Assembly (NCBI GenBank): GCA_965218795.1
Contig: OZ244653.1
Span: forward strand, 2,208,001 to 2,272,000
Direction of reading: 5' to 3'
DNA from: a bacterium
Lineage (GTDB): Bacteria > UBA8248 > JACPRG01 > G963555815
DNA: 64,000 bases
The notes below the pieces were generated by a model. It had not been told where the DNA came from. It ran no database searches and was given only the letters and a program-made list of their open reading frames with translations. Position 1 is the first letter of the stretch. Each line of letters opens with the position of its first letter. Shown piece after piece: positions 1 through 10,812 of this stretch. The position numbers were made by a program, and so were the translations under genes.

Positions 1-208
1 ACTGAGGAGATACACCGGTGGTGGAGTTGTATGTGGGAAACGTGGACGAGTTCGAAAATGGAGGCTGCAAGATCATCGGCAGTGTGGTCAACCCATAGTG
101 ATGACGATCTTCCGAATAGGGCGATGCGGGGCGCATGTCCGTGATTCTCGATGACGTGCGGCATCCTGCGACGGCCGTTGAACCCGCCTCCGGAAAGCGC
201 GTTCGCAA

Positions 209-485
209 TCATGGATTTTCTTTTCTTATTTTTTGCAGCAACTGTACGACGGGAAAATAACCCAGATTCACGGCCGGTTGCGCCACCTCAAAGACTTTAT
301 CTATATCCTTATCCTTTCCTATCCCGTAATAGTACATCTGCATGAGCGTATATATGGCGGCGGGCTCGCATTGCGTCGCCGCGCCTTCATACAACGAAGC
401 CGCCGATTGCAGATCTTTCTCCACGCCCTTCTCGCCATGGACCTTGAGATTCGCCAGTGCGCTCATGGAAGCCGGGAACCCTTTT
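209..485 (-). pseudogene. Sel1-repeat protein, 3' part (interrupted by IS481-family element)
   Basis: Sel1-like motifs GEKGVEKDLQSAASLYEGAA and AAIYTLMQMYYYGIGKDKD; joins in frame with 1732-1977 once the IS and one target copy are removed. Confidence 0.8.
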
Positions 486-1731
486 TGTACAGAGATGGTA
501 ATGACCTGACAGTGCCGCCCCGTTTGCCGCCCGTACGGCAGGGGGTTTGATTAAGCGGCTTCAGGATTCTCCTTCTGTTTGATTGTGCTCGGTTTGTTGG
601 TGGCTGGCAAGCCGTCCTTGAACGCCTGCCCGGGTGTCCGGCCGTTCATGCCGCGGCCCTGGTGTGGGCGCTTGCGGTTGTAGACGGTCATGTAGTCGTC
701 GAGCACGGTCTGCATCTCCTCGATGGTCTCGAACCAGGTCCGCCTTCCCTCGACCCGGAAGTGCTCGTCCAGGAGCGTTCGGTGCAGGCGTTCGACAATG
801 CCGTTGGAGTGGGGCCGCTTGACCTTGGTGGTGCGGTGCTCGATCTCCTCGAGTTGCAGGAACAGCTCGTAGGGATGCCTGTCGGGCCGACCGCAGAACT
901 CACGGCCGTTGTCTGACAGCACGACCTCGATGCGCACGCCGGCGGCCTCGAAGGTCGGCAGCACGTTGTTGTTCATCAGGTGCACGGCGGTCACCGGCAG
1001 CTTGTTCGGGTACAAGCGCGCCCAGGCATGGCGCGAATGGCAGTCGATCGCGGTCTGCAGGTAGACCTTGCCCACACCCTTGGGGGTGCCGGCGAAGAAG
1101 GTATCGACGGCCACCAGGGAGCCGGTATGGGGTGCTTCGATATGGCGTTCGCGGAACTTCCGGGGAGAACCGCTCCAGGAGCCGGACCTGTTCGTCCGAC
1201 AGCTCGATCCTGCGTTCGGCCGTAGTCTTCTCCAGTCTGAGCAGGCGCTCATGCCTGGTCAACAGCCCGTGGCGCTGCCACACCCCGCGCACCCCGCCCG
1301 AGGAGACCTGGATGCCCTGAAGCCGCAGTTCCTGCTCGACCCGCAGCGCACCGTGGCAGGGGTGCTGTAGCGCATGCTCCAGGATGGCCGCCTCGATCTG
1401 TGCCGCCACCCGGTTCGGGTGCGGTCCGCGCGGACCGGGCAGTCGGTCGATCAGCCCCTCGGCGCCGTAGGTCTGGAAGTTACGACGGATCTCGTAAAAC
1501 TGCTGGCGCGAGTACCCCATTACCTTGCAGGCGCGGCTCACGTTGTCCAGCTCCTTGGCGAGCTCCAGCAGCGACAGCTTGCGTCGTGCTACCTTGTTCT
1601 TCGTGGTCATGTCTTGTCTCCTGGTCAGGGTGGGGATGAAGGGTGATAACTCCATCCTACACACCCCCCAGGGGCGGCATGACCACGCTTCTCAACCTGG
1701 CCAACTGTCAGGTGAATACCGTCTCAGAACA
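486..1731 (-). mobile_element. IS481-family insertion sequence
   Basis: Imperfect 28-bp terminal IRs TGTACAGAGATGGTAATGACCTGACAGT (486) and revcomp TGTTCTGAGACGGTATTCACCTGACAGT (ends 1731); 7-bp direct repeat CCCTTTT at 479-485 and 1732-1738. Confidence 0.9.
551..1610 (-). pseudogene. IS481-family transposase, frameshifted near 1158
   Basis: N-terminal HTH (LLELAKELDNVSRACKVMGYSRQQFY) in ORF 900-1664; rve core (VAVDTF, SDNGREFCG, NGIVERLHRT, YNRKRPHQG) in ORF 551-1252; one extra A separates the frames. Confidence 0.9.
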
Positions 1732-1977
1732 CCCTTTTCGCGCGGACGTCTTAAGCCAATCCAGAGACTCCGCCCGATCCCGAGCGGTTTCGTTCACATA
1801 ACTGTCCCCTCGCCCCAACTGGTACTGGGCTACGGCGTTTCCCCTTCCGGCCTCTCTTTTGACCTTCTTTTTCCCTTCCCTGAGATATTGGCCGGGCTGA
1901 AAAAGCCGGCCCGTGAGGCCGGGGCTTCCTCGTTGTTGTTGCCACCGTCGGGCGGCGGTTAAGATGAAGCTCAGCAA
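1732..1977 (-). pseudogene. Sel1-repeat protein, 5' part
   Basis: AGRGNAVAQYQLG...DRAESLDWLKTSARKG Sel1 repeat; start uncertain. Confidence 0.7.
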
Positions 1978-2094
1978 GTCCTATGGCTTGAGGGTCGCTC
2001 GGTCGACAATCTTGGTTTCCACGGGGGACGGGGGTGCGACAGTGGCCATGCGGCTGGGCTTGCCCAAACGGCCGCTCGAACCCGAGGACATCGC

Positions 2095-3774
2095 GTGGCC
2101 CGCTCAAACCGTTCCTCGACCGGAGAGGTCGCGACGGCGCGGGAAGAAGATGCTCGCCAGCATGAGCGTATCTTCGACTACGCCAAAAGGGTTGCCAAAG
2201 CGCGGGCATCGGGCAGCATCGATTCAAACTATCCGTACGAGGCCATGCAGAGTTTCTGGAACGCTGGCGAACGCAAGATGATCAGAGGACTCGACATTCT
2301 GGGTCTTCGCCGGCTGGACCAGAGTATCGAGCGGCAATGGGTGGCGGGCATCACTACGATCTCGTTCCGTGCCAGGTACCTGTCGCTGCTCCCGTGGGCG
2401 ATCGCCGAGTTCTACGACGAGGAACTGCGGCGCGGCGGCGGATCGGCACAGTTCGATGAAGACCGTTTCTACCGGATGCTCCGTCGGCTGGAGTTCGTGG
2501 TCCTCGCCGCTACCCGCGTTCGAGCGAGCGAGGACCGGAGCGGCGCGACATACGGCGTACTGGGATCGGACCTGTTCGGGGACGCTCTCATCGAACTGGA
2601 TGCGAAGGGGGCCGTAGACTTGCCCGATGACCGGGGCGGCGCCTCGTATGGAACCTACGTGATGCCGTGCCGTTCGTTCGGGATCGTAGAGACTGGGGAT
2701 AGGAGACAGCCGGTTCAGATTCCAGAGCGGGGGCAGGCGCTGCACCGCGCGCGCCGCGATGCTCTGCAGGGTTCGGCGCTGGCGGGCGCAATTCTCCACG
2801 GTGGGACGATAACCGCGTCGGAGCTTGGATCGGAAGCGCAGTTTTTCTCGGTGAACGCCCTCGATGAACTGGAGAACGAACGTGAACTCCTGCAGGACGC
2901 TTTCCTCCGCGAATATGTGAACAGCACCGAAGTGAGCACGATGTACCGACGGTTCCTGGCGACGAGCAACTGGGCTTTCGAGCGGCTCGACACGGGCGCG
3001 ATGTCCTCCGCTCAGCTCATCGCCTCTGCCTACAAGGAGGCAGTGGATGGATGCTCGGGAGGCGAGGTCGGGATGGCGTGGGCCGAATACGAGCTTCGAC
3101 GGCGAGTTCACTTCGCGATGGAGCTTCTGCTGGGTGCGTTGACCGAAACGTTGATGGATCTGACCGAGGGCACTGTGGATGACGTACTGGACGCTTGGTC
3201 GAGCGGCGAACCTGTTCCGGCAGTGCTTTCTGAGGTCCTCGGCATCGGACAACCCGTGTTGGAAGCGACGCTTGAGGAGATGGAGGAGAGATTGGCGACG
3301 GACGCGTGGCTCGAGCGGTCAGTGCCCATCACTGACGCGCGAGGCCTACCGGCATGGTGCAAAGCACTCCTCGGAGTCGGCGTTCTGGTCGCATCGCGAC
3401 GTCAGACGGAAGCTACTCGGGCAGCCGGCCATATTCCACATCGCAAGAACTACCTTGAGCGCGCATTCGCCGTGCTCGACGCCGAGCGCGGAAGTTCGTT
3501 GGGGACGGCGCTGCGAAGGCTGCTCATCGAGGTGGTGATAGAGGCGCATCTGTCAACGACGCTTCGGAAGATAAGCCAGGGGCAGCAGTGCTCGCTGCGT
3601 CTTTTTCCGGACGGTCCGCTCCTTAGGCCCACTGGGATCCCGGTGCTTGCCGGGCGCAGCGGGGAGCGGCTGGGAAACGTGCTGGGCATGTGGGCCGATC
3701 TCGGAGTTCTTGACCGGCAAGATGGTGGATTCAGTTTGACGGAGCGGGGGCGCCGGATGGCGGCGGAGTTGTAG
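2095..3774 (+). CDS. Uncharacterised protein (DUF6361-like N-terminal motif), partner of PLD-like protein; start may be ATG 2245
   Basis: Intact 559-aa ORF; motif GLDILGL...[17 protein letters not shown]; wHTH-like C-terminus ([19 protein letters not shown]); 5 bp from next gene. Confidence 0.6.
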   Translation: MARSNRSSTGEVATAREEDARQHERIFDYAKRVAKARASGSIDSNYPYEAMQSFWNAGERKMIRGLDILGLRRLDQSIERQWVAGITTISFRARYLSLLPWAIAEFYDEELRRGGGSAQFDEDRFYRMLRRLEFVVLAATRVRASEDRSGATYGVLGSDLFGDALIELDAKGAVDLPDDRGGASYGTYVMPCRSFGIVETGDRRQPVQIPERGQALHRARRDALQGSALAGAILHGGTITASELGSEAQFFSVNALDELENERELLQDAFLREYVNSTEVSTMYRRFLATSNWAFERLDTGAMSSAQLIASAYKEAVDGCSGGEVGMAWAEYELRRRVHFAMELLLGALTETLMDLTEGTVDDVLDAWSSGEPVPAVLSEVLGIGQPVLEATLEEMEERLATDAWLERSVPITDARGLPAWCKALLGVGVLVASRRQTEATRAAGHIPHRKNYLERAFAVLDAERGSSLGTALRRLLIEVVIEAHLSTTLRKISQGQQCSLRLFPDGPLLRPTGIPVLAGRSGERLGNVLGMWADLGVLDRQDGGFSLTERGRRMAAEL

Positions 3775-3779
3775 TCAGG

Positions 3780-6458
3780 ATGCGGGCCGATGTGCTGGAG
3801 GTGATTTCCTCGGCGAAGGACGTCACCAACGCTGTCATTCTCACGCACAACATCGACTTCGTGTTCGTGCAAACGGTGGTGCTCTCTGCATTTCGGCGCT
3901 GTGGCCATCCGACCATCACTGTCTTTGCGGACAGCGGGTGTGCCGCGGAAAGCTTCGCTCACCAGAAGGGTGTGCTGACGAGTCTGGGGGTGCGGTACCG
4001 AGTGGTGCCGGTCGAGATGGATCCGGGTTTCCGGTTCCACCCGAAAGCGGTTTTATTGTCCGGAGAGCAGGCGGCGACGCTGCTCGTGGGGAGCGGAAAC
4101 CTGACCTTCGGCGGCTGGCGCGAGAATGGGGAGGTCTGGACGCGCTTCGAGAGCGGGAGCGACGGTGCGGCACCGTTCCTCGCGTTCAGACGCTATCTGA
4201 CGGATGTGATTGAGCGCGTCGCCCTGCCCGAGTCCGTCGAGGCCGAGATCGAGGAGGCGTTCGACCGGAGGAGCAAGTCGTGGTTGTCGATGGAAGGCAC
4301 GGACGCCAATACGCTTGTCGGACGGGTGGGATCCGGGTCCGCTCTTCTGGACCGAATGCTCGACGCAAGCGGCGGTGATCCCGTCGACGAGTTCCTCGTC
4401 TGCGCCCCCTATTTCGATGACGAGGGCATTGCCCTGCGGGAACTCGTGGCCAGAGTCGGCGCAAACCGTACGACGGTGCTTTGTCAGGCGGGACGATCCA
4501 CGCTTCAGGAGCGAGCCTGGAGACCCACTGCGGCGAGAGCGCGCCTTCGGAGCATCGACTTCAGCCGCCCAGTCACCGGTGGAGAAGAGAGGTCGGCATT
4601 CGTGCACGCCAAGTTCTACGGACTTCGCCGCGAAAACGAGGTCGTTGTCTTGGCGGGCAGTGCGAACTGCTCAAGGGCCGCGCTGACAGTGGAGGGGAGA
4701 GCCGGGAATGCTGAGCTGATGGCGGTACAAGTGATGACGCCGCAGGCATTCGAGGAGGAGTTGCTCGGCGAACTCAAGCTGTCGTCTGCCCCGATCGTGC
4801 TTGCAGACAGACCATCGAACGATGTCGACGAGGGGTCGGGAGGCATTGCCGTGCGCGTTCTCGCGGCGAGGTTCGAAGCGGGTTGCCTGCTGGTCGGCTA
4901 TTCGCCGCCGGCTGCGGCCATCACCGAGTGTCTGGTTGACGGCACCGCGGCGGATTTCGTGTCGGTGGAGAAGGGAGTCGTGAGCGTTTCCTGCGCTACC
5001 GAACCGAAGGTGGTGATGGTCCGCGCTCGGGTGGCAGGCGAACTGGTCGCGTCGGATCCGGCTTGGGTCGATCTCGAGCGGCAGTTGCGGGCGACGGCCC
5101 ACGGGAGGAGCCTGGCCGATAGCTTCCGGGCGCGCGTTCAGCCAGGACTGTGGAGCGCTGGCGGATGGGCGGAGGTGCTGGACGTGTTCTGCAAGCATTT
5201 GAGTTACATGCCCACAGTGCGACCAAGCGTTTCAGAGCGACGTCCAGGGGGTGGGGCTACATCTGTTAAGCAGCCGGAATTTACCGCAGCTGACGTTTTC
5301 GCTACCGGTTATCGGGCTCCAAAGCTCGGTCCGCTCTGGTTCCCCGCCGGTGGTAGCGAAGACGGACATGTGCAATCGCTCCAGCAACTCCTTTTGCGGT
5401 GGTTCGGTGCAGAGCAGCAAGAGCCAAACGACGAGGCAGGCATCGACGACGACAACGATCCTGATGACGATGAAGTCGTTGATCGTCCAGAGAGCTTGTC
5501 AGCGACGACGACGGTTGCGGTCCCCTCCGAGCGAGACAGGCGCCGCATCGCGCGGCTTTTCGATCAGATCCAGGCGGCGATGACGAGTTCGGAGTTCCTG
5601 TCCGAGCGCGGGCCGGAATACCTCGCCACTGACCTGAAATTGGCCTCGGCACTGTTGTGTCTCGGACTTCGGAAGGGCTGGGTTGAACGCGAGCGTTTCT
5701 TCGACCTGACACAGGGAATCTGGTCATCTTTGTTCTTCTCGTCGGCACCTCAGAAAGAAGTGGGCTGGTTGGAGTTCCGTGCCGGCACGTCGGCGGACAG
5801 AGAGACCTTCATCAACAACATGCGATCAGAGGAACTCTCAGCCGCCCTCATCGGATGGTATCTGGCCGTACCGACCAACTGCGAGGAGTCTCCAACCGCG
5901 GCGAGGTTCGAGCTTGCGGCCGTGCTGGCGGTCGCGCGTCTCCCGTGGCTGTGGCAGGGTGGAAATCAGGACGAGATCGCCAAGGAGCTTGCCGTGCTGC
6001 TTGCGCATACGGCTGATCTCGGGCTGACCCAGAAAGAGATCAAAAGCCGAACAGAGGCTGAGTGGGAGCTGCTGATGCAGCGAGGGCAGGCGTTGCGCTG
6101 CCTTGAGGCGGCGGTCAGCGGGATGACGCCTGCCGTGATCCGGGAGCGGATTGGCATCGAAGAGCTTCGACCGGGCGACCTGTTATGGCAGGGGAAGGCG
6201 GGTTTCTGCGTCGTACGCCGTGGATGTTCCCGGACTACTGACGAAATTGCAACGGTCTTGAAGCTACAGGGTGACGGCTTGGAGACCGGGTTCAAGGCCT
6301 CGTACACCGTGCCAATGCGGGCTCTGCTTGAGGAGGTGGTGGTTCCTCGGACGCGTGACTTCGGCGACCGGCCGCGCCTAGTCCTGCGCGAGTTCATTCG
6401 CGAACTGTCGACGGCATCCGTGGGTGGTCGTGAGGGAGCCGAACCGGGACGGGTCTGA
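3780..6458 (+). CDS. Phospholipase D-superfamily (HxK) nuclease-like protein with long unknown C-terminal region
   Basis: Two PLD half-sites FHPKAVLL...VGSGNLT and VHAKFYG...AGSANCS; APYFD motif; acidic linker; 892 aa intact. Confidence 0.8.
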   Translation: MRADVLEVISSAKDVTNAVILTHNIDFVFVQTVVLSAFRRCGHPTITVFADSGCAAESFAHQKGVLTSLGVRYRVVPVEMDPGFRFHPKAVLLSGEQAATLLVGSGNLTFGGWRENGEVWTRFESGSDGAAPFLAFRRYLTDVIERVALPESVEAEIEEAFDRRSKSWLSMEGTDANTLVGRVGSGSALLDRMLDASGGDPVDEFLVCAPYFDDEGIALRELVARVGANRTTVLCQAGRSTLQERAWRPTAARARLRSIDFSRPVTGGEERSAFVHAKFYGLRRENEVVVLAGSANCSRAALTVEGRAGNAELMAVQVMTPQAFEEELLGELKLSSAPIVLADRPSNDVDEGSGGIAVRVLAARFEAGCLLVGYSPPAAAITECLVDGTAADFVSVEKGVVSVSCATEPKVVMVRARVAGELVASDPAWVDLERQLRATAHGRSLADSFRARVQPGLWSAGGWAEVLDVFCKHLSYMPTVRPSVSERRPGGGATSVKQPEFTAADVFATGYRAPKLGPLWFPAGGSEDGHVQSLQQLLLRWFGAEQQEPNDEAGIDDDNDPDDDEVVDRPESLSATTTVAVPSERDRRRIARLFDQIQAAMTSSEFLSERGPEYLATDLKLASALLCLGLRKGWVERERFFDLTQGIWSSLFFSSAPQKEVGWLEFRAGTSADRETFINNMRSEELSAALIGWYLAVPTNCEESPTAARFELAAVLAVARLPWLWQGGNQDEIAKELAVLLAHTADLGLTQKEIKSRTEAEWELLMQRGQALRCLEAAVSGMTPAVIRERIGIEELRPGDLLWQGKAGFCVVRRGCSRTTDEIATVLKLQGDGLETGFKASYTVPMRALLEEVVVPRTRDFGDRPRLVLREFIRELSTASVGGREGAEPGRV

Positions 6459-6639
6459 TTGCAGTGACAGCGAGGGATAATTCCGGTCGTACGTTATCTT
6501 TGGACAAGGCTCCAGAAGGAGAATTGCCGGTAGCACGCGCCGGTCCTGTCAGCTTGGATGTTGGCGCAACGGCGTCTGGCGGTGGGATTTTGGAGGCTGG
6601 CTTGGTGATTCGGGCGAGCGATGTGGTGCGATGGGGGAA

Positions 6640-6812
6640 ACCTGCCAGCTTGGACAAAGCGTGGAAAGCGATCCGCGAAGCGGCGGGGCTGGGCAAGCTC
6701 CGCATTCACGACCTGCGACATGCATACGCGGCGGTCGCGGTCAACGGCGGCGAGGTCTGCGCGTCGTCGCCTGGCTGCTCGACCATGTCGACATCTCGAC
6801 GACCTTCGGCTA
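6640..6812 (+). pseudogene. Tyrosine recombinase/integrase C-terminal remnant
   Basis: LDKAWKAIREAAGLGKLRIHDLRHAYA (HxLRH box II), then frame breaks. Confidence 0.75.
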
Positions 6813-7432
6813 AGGGCGCGACGGGCCGGCGCGGACGACAATTCCGGCGTGCGCGGGTTCCCGCGTGCAGGGGGCGCCGCCGACAGCGCCGCGACGGGAT
6901 GCGCCTGAATTGGAACGAATCTGCTTTCGGATTGATTACTGGTATTTCATAGGTTTTCTGCAGAACAAAAAAACACTAATAAATACGGATGGTTATCGAG
7001 AAGACGACGTAGGAATCGATCTATATAGCTTTCCGGCACGGTTCGTCCTATTGGGCTTGAGGCCCTGTTGCTGAGTAACCATCATGGATAGCCTCCAGTG
7101 TAGGCCCGACCGCCCCATCACGAGCCAGCCGCAGAAGGACAATATACGGCCTTATCCAGGGGATTCCACGTGGCCCTGGCGCCGTGGCGAGAAGCCGGAA
7201 CATGCAAATTGCGGGCCTGAAGGTTTGGCATGCGCCACGAATGCTCGCCCCACCTACGGGCCATTCTGCGGATTGGAAAATTTGACCGGGTACCCGTGCT
7301 TCCTCGGCGACTTGCTGTCCAGATCGGAACGCGTCAACCGACGCGGCGCCGGACACCTCCGCTGCATCATGGTCACCCGCGATTGACTTCCATTTACAGG
7401 CAATCGCCAGTTGCGGGACTGAAACTCCCAGC

Positions 7433-8494
7433 CTAGACGGCACCATAGGCTTTCAAAATTCTAAAAGTCGCCTGACCATCGATTACACAGTATTTTCTCG
7501 GCCGGCCTGGCGTGACTGTCATGGAACGCAGCGTCTCACGCACCGCCGGCCCAATAAGGTGCGCATGCTGAACGACCGAAATGTCCGCCCCGGAGTTCAC
7601 CAGTCGATAAATTTGGTCCGCGTTCTTGCCGCACATTGCGATAGTCATTTCCGAAAATCTGCCGGGTCCCTTGAAGAGAAAGGCGGCGGTCCTCCGCCGC
7701 CCACCAACCGTCACATTGCTCGAAAAATGATCGTCCTGCTCCCCACCCCAGTCCATTTTTGCTGGCTCATTCAAGAGCGATGCGAACACTTCCTTTATTC
7801 TCTGTTCCGATATCGCTTTCATTACGTTCATCCATGCATCAGAACTATCCACCTTAACTTGCGCCATTTTGGAGAATTGCTCGATGTCTTCAGGAAGGAT
7901 CTGGCCATAATCTCTTCCATGCCACATCAACCGTTGCAGCATTTTCGAATCACCGTTCCGCGGGTGATCAAGCCACGGATCACCGATTACGATCGGTTGT
8001 ATCTCCCATTTGTCATCCCGGTCACGAAGTATTCCGACAATGGAATGAATATATCCTTCATCGAATCCCTGCGCGAGAGTCATTGTTCCCGTCGAGCTCA
8101 TCAAATGCTCCGTGTGATATGAGATCACAACTGGTTTTGCAGTAGGAACGTCAAGATATACCTCGTGTGATACGCGTTTATCGTCATACTCTTGCGGGCA
8201 GGGCGCCAATCTCTCGGTGCTCCTAAACAGCTGGCCGTTGTTGCCATTTCTTAAGGCTTCCAGGAGAGTCGGCAAGCAGTTGTTTTCGCATACGTCTAAC
8301 AAAATCGTCACTAACATGTGATAATTCGCGTGGTCTGCCAAATGACCCGTTCCTGGAACCTTGTTTTTGCTAAAATTCTCTCGAGCTTCAGCTGGTATTA
8401 CGGTCAAGCATAAACGAATGTTCAAGAACCCCATATCGATATGGTGAAAGTAGTCGCCAGTCCGTATGTCGGCTGGCACTTGTTGAATTCCCAT
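7433..8494 (-). CDS. Hypothetical low-GC protein; C-terminal domain possibly PD-(D/E)xK nuclease-like
   Basis: Intact 353-aa ORF, lower GC than flanks; C-terminal DWGGEQDD...AAFLFKGP...GKNADQI pattern. Confidence 0.55.
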   Translation of the reverse strand: MGIQQVPADIRTGDYFHHIDMGFLNIRLCLTVIPAEARENFSKNKVPGTGHLADHANYHMLVTILLDVCENNCLPTLLEALRNGNNGQLFRSTERLAPCPQEYDDKRVSHEVYLDVPTAKPVVISYHTEHLMSSTGTMTLAQGFDEGYIHSIVGILRDRDDKWEIQPIVIGDPWLDHPRNGDSKMLQRLMWHGRDYGQILPEDIEQFSKMAQVKVDSSDAWMNVMKAISEQRIKEVFASLLNEPAKMDWGGEQDDHFSSNVTVGGRRRTAAFLFKGPGRFSEMTIAMCGKNADQIYRLVNSGADISVVQHAHLIGPAVRETLRSMTVTPGRPRKYCVIDGQATFRILKAYGAV

Positions 8495-8671
8495 GCACTA
8501 TTCCTCTTCTACACTGCGCCTCGGAAGGAGGCTAGTTGCCGACCCTGCGACGGTCCTCAGCCCACAAAGATATCACCTGCCTGTAGGTCAAAATGGCTCG
8601 ACTTGCTGCAATTGACCTATCATCCACGAACCGGCCAGGTTTTGAACCCAACAAAACAGGTGTCTGCTGTG

Positions 8672-8930
8672 TGGAGTTACTCCGTTTTGGCGGACAGTTT
8701 ATGAGTATGGCTATCGTCCCCCGCATACAGGTGGACGTAACGTCTTCCCCCAAGGCCGGACGATAGGTGCCTCGGAGGGTATGTCTTTCCCTCCGGCTCG
8801 CCGACCCGGAAGGCATCGAGACCGGTTCGGTCGTGCTGACCATCGTATCCGCCGGGACGCGTCGCGGCCGCCGCGGCGCCCGAAGTCGTTCGGGCTGAGG
8901 GCACCCGGGACGGAATCCCACGGCGTGAAG
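8672..8930 (-). mobile_element. IS3-family right-end remnant
   Basis: IS3-like terminus TGGAGTTACTCCGTTTTGGCGGACAG (8672-8697) downstream of a transposase C-terminal scrap GALSPNDF. Confidence 0.5.
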
Positions 8931-9119
8931 GGTGGCCTCCACCCGGATGTTGGTGAGACTTCGAGACAAGCTCCTCGCGGAAGGCGAACACGTCCATCGA
9001 GCAACCTTCCTTTCGCTCAAGCCGGTCACGCAGCCGGAGCACACGCAAGGCGCGTTGAGGGTGGATTGTCTTCAAGGGTGGATTAGTCAACGTCACACAC
9101 CTGCAACAAGTACCAAGCC

Positions 9120-10163
9120 CTAGGCCCGGTTAATCGCTGCTTCGGCACGCTGAAGCTGTTCCATGACCCATCCGAAATCAGGGACGTCGCCAAGGATCAT
9201 GCCCTGCATGGCTCTGTAGTCCCGTTCAATCACCGTACGCAGCGCCGCCTGCGGAACCAGTCTCACCGATCCGGGAACGGCCTCTTCGAACCGCTTCCAG
9301 GCCTGCCGGAAGGCGACGAGGTTGTGGTTCCGGACCGTGTCCAGCAGGTCGATGTTCGACAAGGCGAACCTGCCGAGTTCGGTCGACGTGATCATCGCGG
9401 CGTCGTAGTAGTGGCGCGAGATCCGGTCCCTGTCAGCCGGCAGACGTTTTGTGTCTTGGTATCCATAGTGCGCCCCATGCAGGATCAGCAGCTTCTCCCA
9501 ATAGGTGCGCTCCGGCGCCATCACCCTGACGTTGCCCACGTTAAAGGACCAGTCGGGTAATTCCTCCGCGACATACGGGGCGATCGTGCAGCTCAAATTG
9601 GGGTCCAGCGCCGACCTCGCTCCCGCCTCGATCCTCACGCGCGGGACCACGTAGGCCATGTCGTCCCTCGAATACAGCGTGGGGTACTCGATGAAGAGTG
9701 TCTGTCCGTCGACATCATCCCTATCCGGGCCGACGCGGCACCCCTCCGTGATCTCCCCGAACAGTGTCGCCAAGGCGGTGGCTAGATCTCCGAGAATGTA
9801 GCCGCTGCACGCCGCGCCGAGTTCCTTGAACAGGGCGGCCCGCCTCTTGTTCGACAGATTGCCCGCAACGGCCGGATCGCGATCGCCTGCGAAACCAAGG
9901 TCGTCACGATAGACGACGAGATCGATATCTTCCGAGAACCGTCGAATGAGACCGAAGGCTTTGGAAAGTGACGTCCCACCCTTGAAGAGCAATTTCGGAT
10001 GCCCGCCGGGCAGCCGGTTGTAGAGCGCATCGAGGACAAGACAGACCCAGAAGTCCTTCTCTACGTAGCTGGGCAACGTATCGAGGCGGCTCGCGGCCGC
10101 CTCGAACACATCCCGCTTTCCACGCTCCGGAAGAGAGAGAAAAGACTCGAAGGCCTCATTCAT
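9120..10163 (-). CDS. Nucleotidyltransferase AbiEii/AbiGii-family toxin (type IV TA)
   Basis: VEKDFWV, LLFKGGTSLSKAFGLIRRFSEDIDL, ERTYWEK, SRHYYD motifs; 4-bp overlap with upstream antitoxin. Confidence 0.9.
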   Translation of the reverse strand: MNEAFESFLSLPERGKRDVFEAAASRLDTLPSYVEKDFWVCLVLDALYNRLPGGHPKLLFKGGTSLSKAFGLIRRFSEDIDLVVYRDDLGFAGDRDPAVAGNLSNKRRAALFKELGAACSGYILGDLATALATLFGEITEGCRVGPDRDDVDGQTLFIEYPTLYSRDDMAYVVPRVRIEAGARSALDPNLSCTIAPYVAEELPDWSFNVGNVRVMAPERTYWEKLLILHGAHYGYQDTKRLPADRDRISRHYYDAAMITSTELGRFALSNIDLLDTVRNHNLVAFRQAWKRFEEAVPGSVRLVPQAALRTVIERDYRAMQGMILGDVPDFGWVMEQLQRAEAAINRA

Positions 10164-10783
10164 ACGGCAACGGCCTGGTCGGTCGTGATGCTGCGCGCAA
10201 GCGGCATCGCCCAGCCGGGCAAGTCCCGGCTGTTCTCGAACAGGTCACGCTTCACGTGGTCGGGCAGAAGGCGTCTCAAGGTCGAAACGACGCGCGCGTC
10301 CGCGGCGGCGTCGGGCCCAAGCCACCGCAGCGCCTGAACCACCGGAGCCGCGGGTTTTCCCGCCCACTGCATGACCCTCGGACCCGCGTGTCGGAACCGG
10401 ACCGTCCGTCCGTCGATCTTCAGGGTCCTTGAGTGGCCATCCGTTACGTAGCTCGCCTTGGCGGGAACCGCGTTGGTGAGACCCAGTTGGTTCGCGGCCG
10501 TCAGGCCGTCCGGCATGATCCGGACACCGTCCCGCCTTGCCAGCGCCGCGACGGCTACATCCAGGTCGACCGGCGCGGGTCGCTTCAGCACCTCGCTGAT
10601 CCTCGGCATGTCGTACAGGCCGTGGCCGACCCGGCGCAGCCGGCCGGCCTTGACGAGGCGGTGGAGCGCCTGATCAACGGCCACACGGCTGCCGAGGTCC
10701 AGGAAGTCCTTGGGCGTGGACACCCACTTCCCTCTGCCGCGCGTGGACACTCTTTTCATGATCTTGTCGGCGATAGGCACCAT
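10160..10783 (-). CDS. DUF6088/AbiEi-like antitoxin (type IV TA)
   Basis: DFLDLGSRVAVDQALHRLVKAGRLRRVGHGLY wHTH; AANQLGLTNAVPA motif; coupled to toxin. Confidence 0.88.
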   Translation of the reverse strand: MVPIADKIMKRVSTRGRGKWVSTPKDFLDLGSRVAVDQALHRLVKAGRLRRVGHGLYDMPRISEVLKRPAPVDLDVAVAALARRDGVRIMPDGLTAANQLGLTNAVPAKASYVTDGHSRTLKIDGRTVRFRHAGPRVMQWAGKPAAPVVQALRWLGPDAAADARVVSTLRRLLPDHVKRDLFENSRDLPGWAMPLARSITTDQAVAV

Positions 10784-10812
10784 TGGATCACACCCTCTTC
10801 TAAAGTCCCCTC

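Noticed and set aside
1-98. Possible Rieske-like N-terminus (ELYVGNVDEFENGGCKII)
   Set aside because: Stops after about 25 codons and lacks CxH motifs
1140-1170. Programmed frameshift in the IS481 transposase
   Set aside because: No slippery heptamer; IS481 transposases are normally one ORF, so mutation or read error is more likely
8955-8997. MDVFAFREELVS, like the N-terminus of large DEAD/DUF1998 helicases
   Set aside because: Only about 12 codons; too short to call, though it has an RBS and may be a deletion scar
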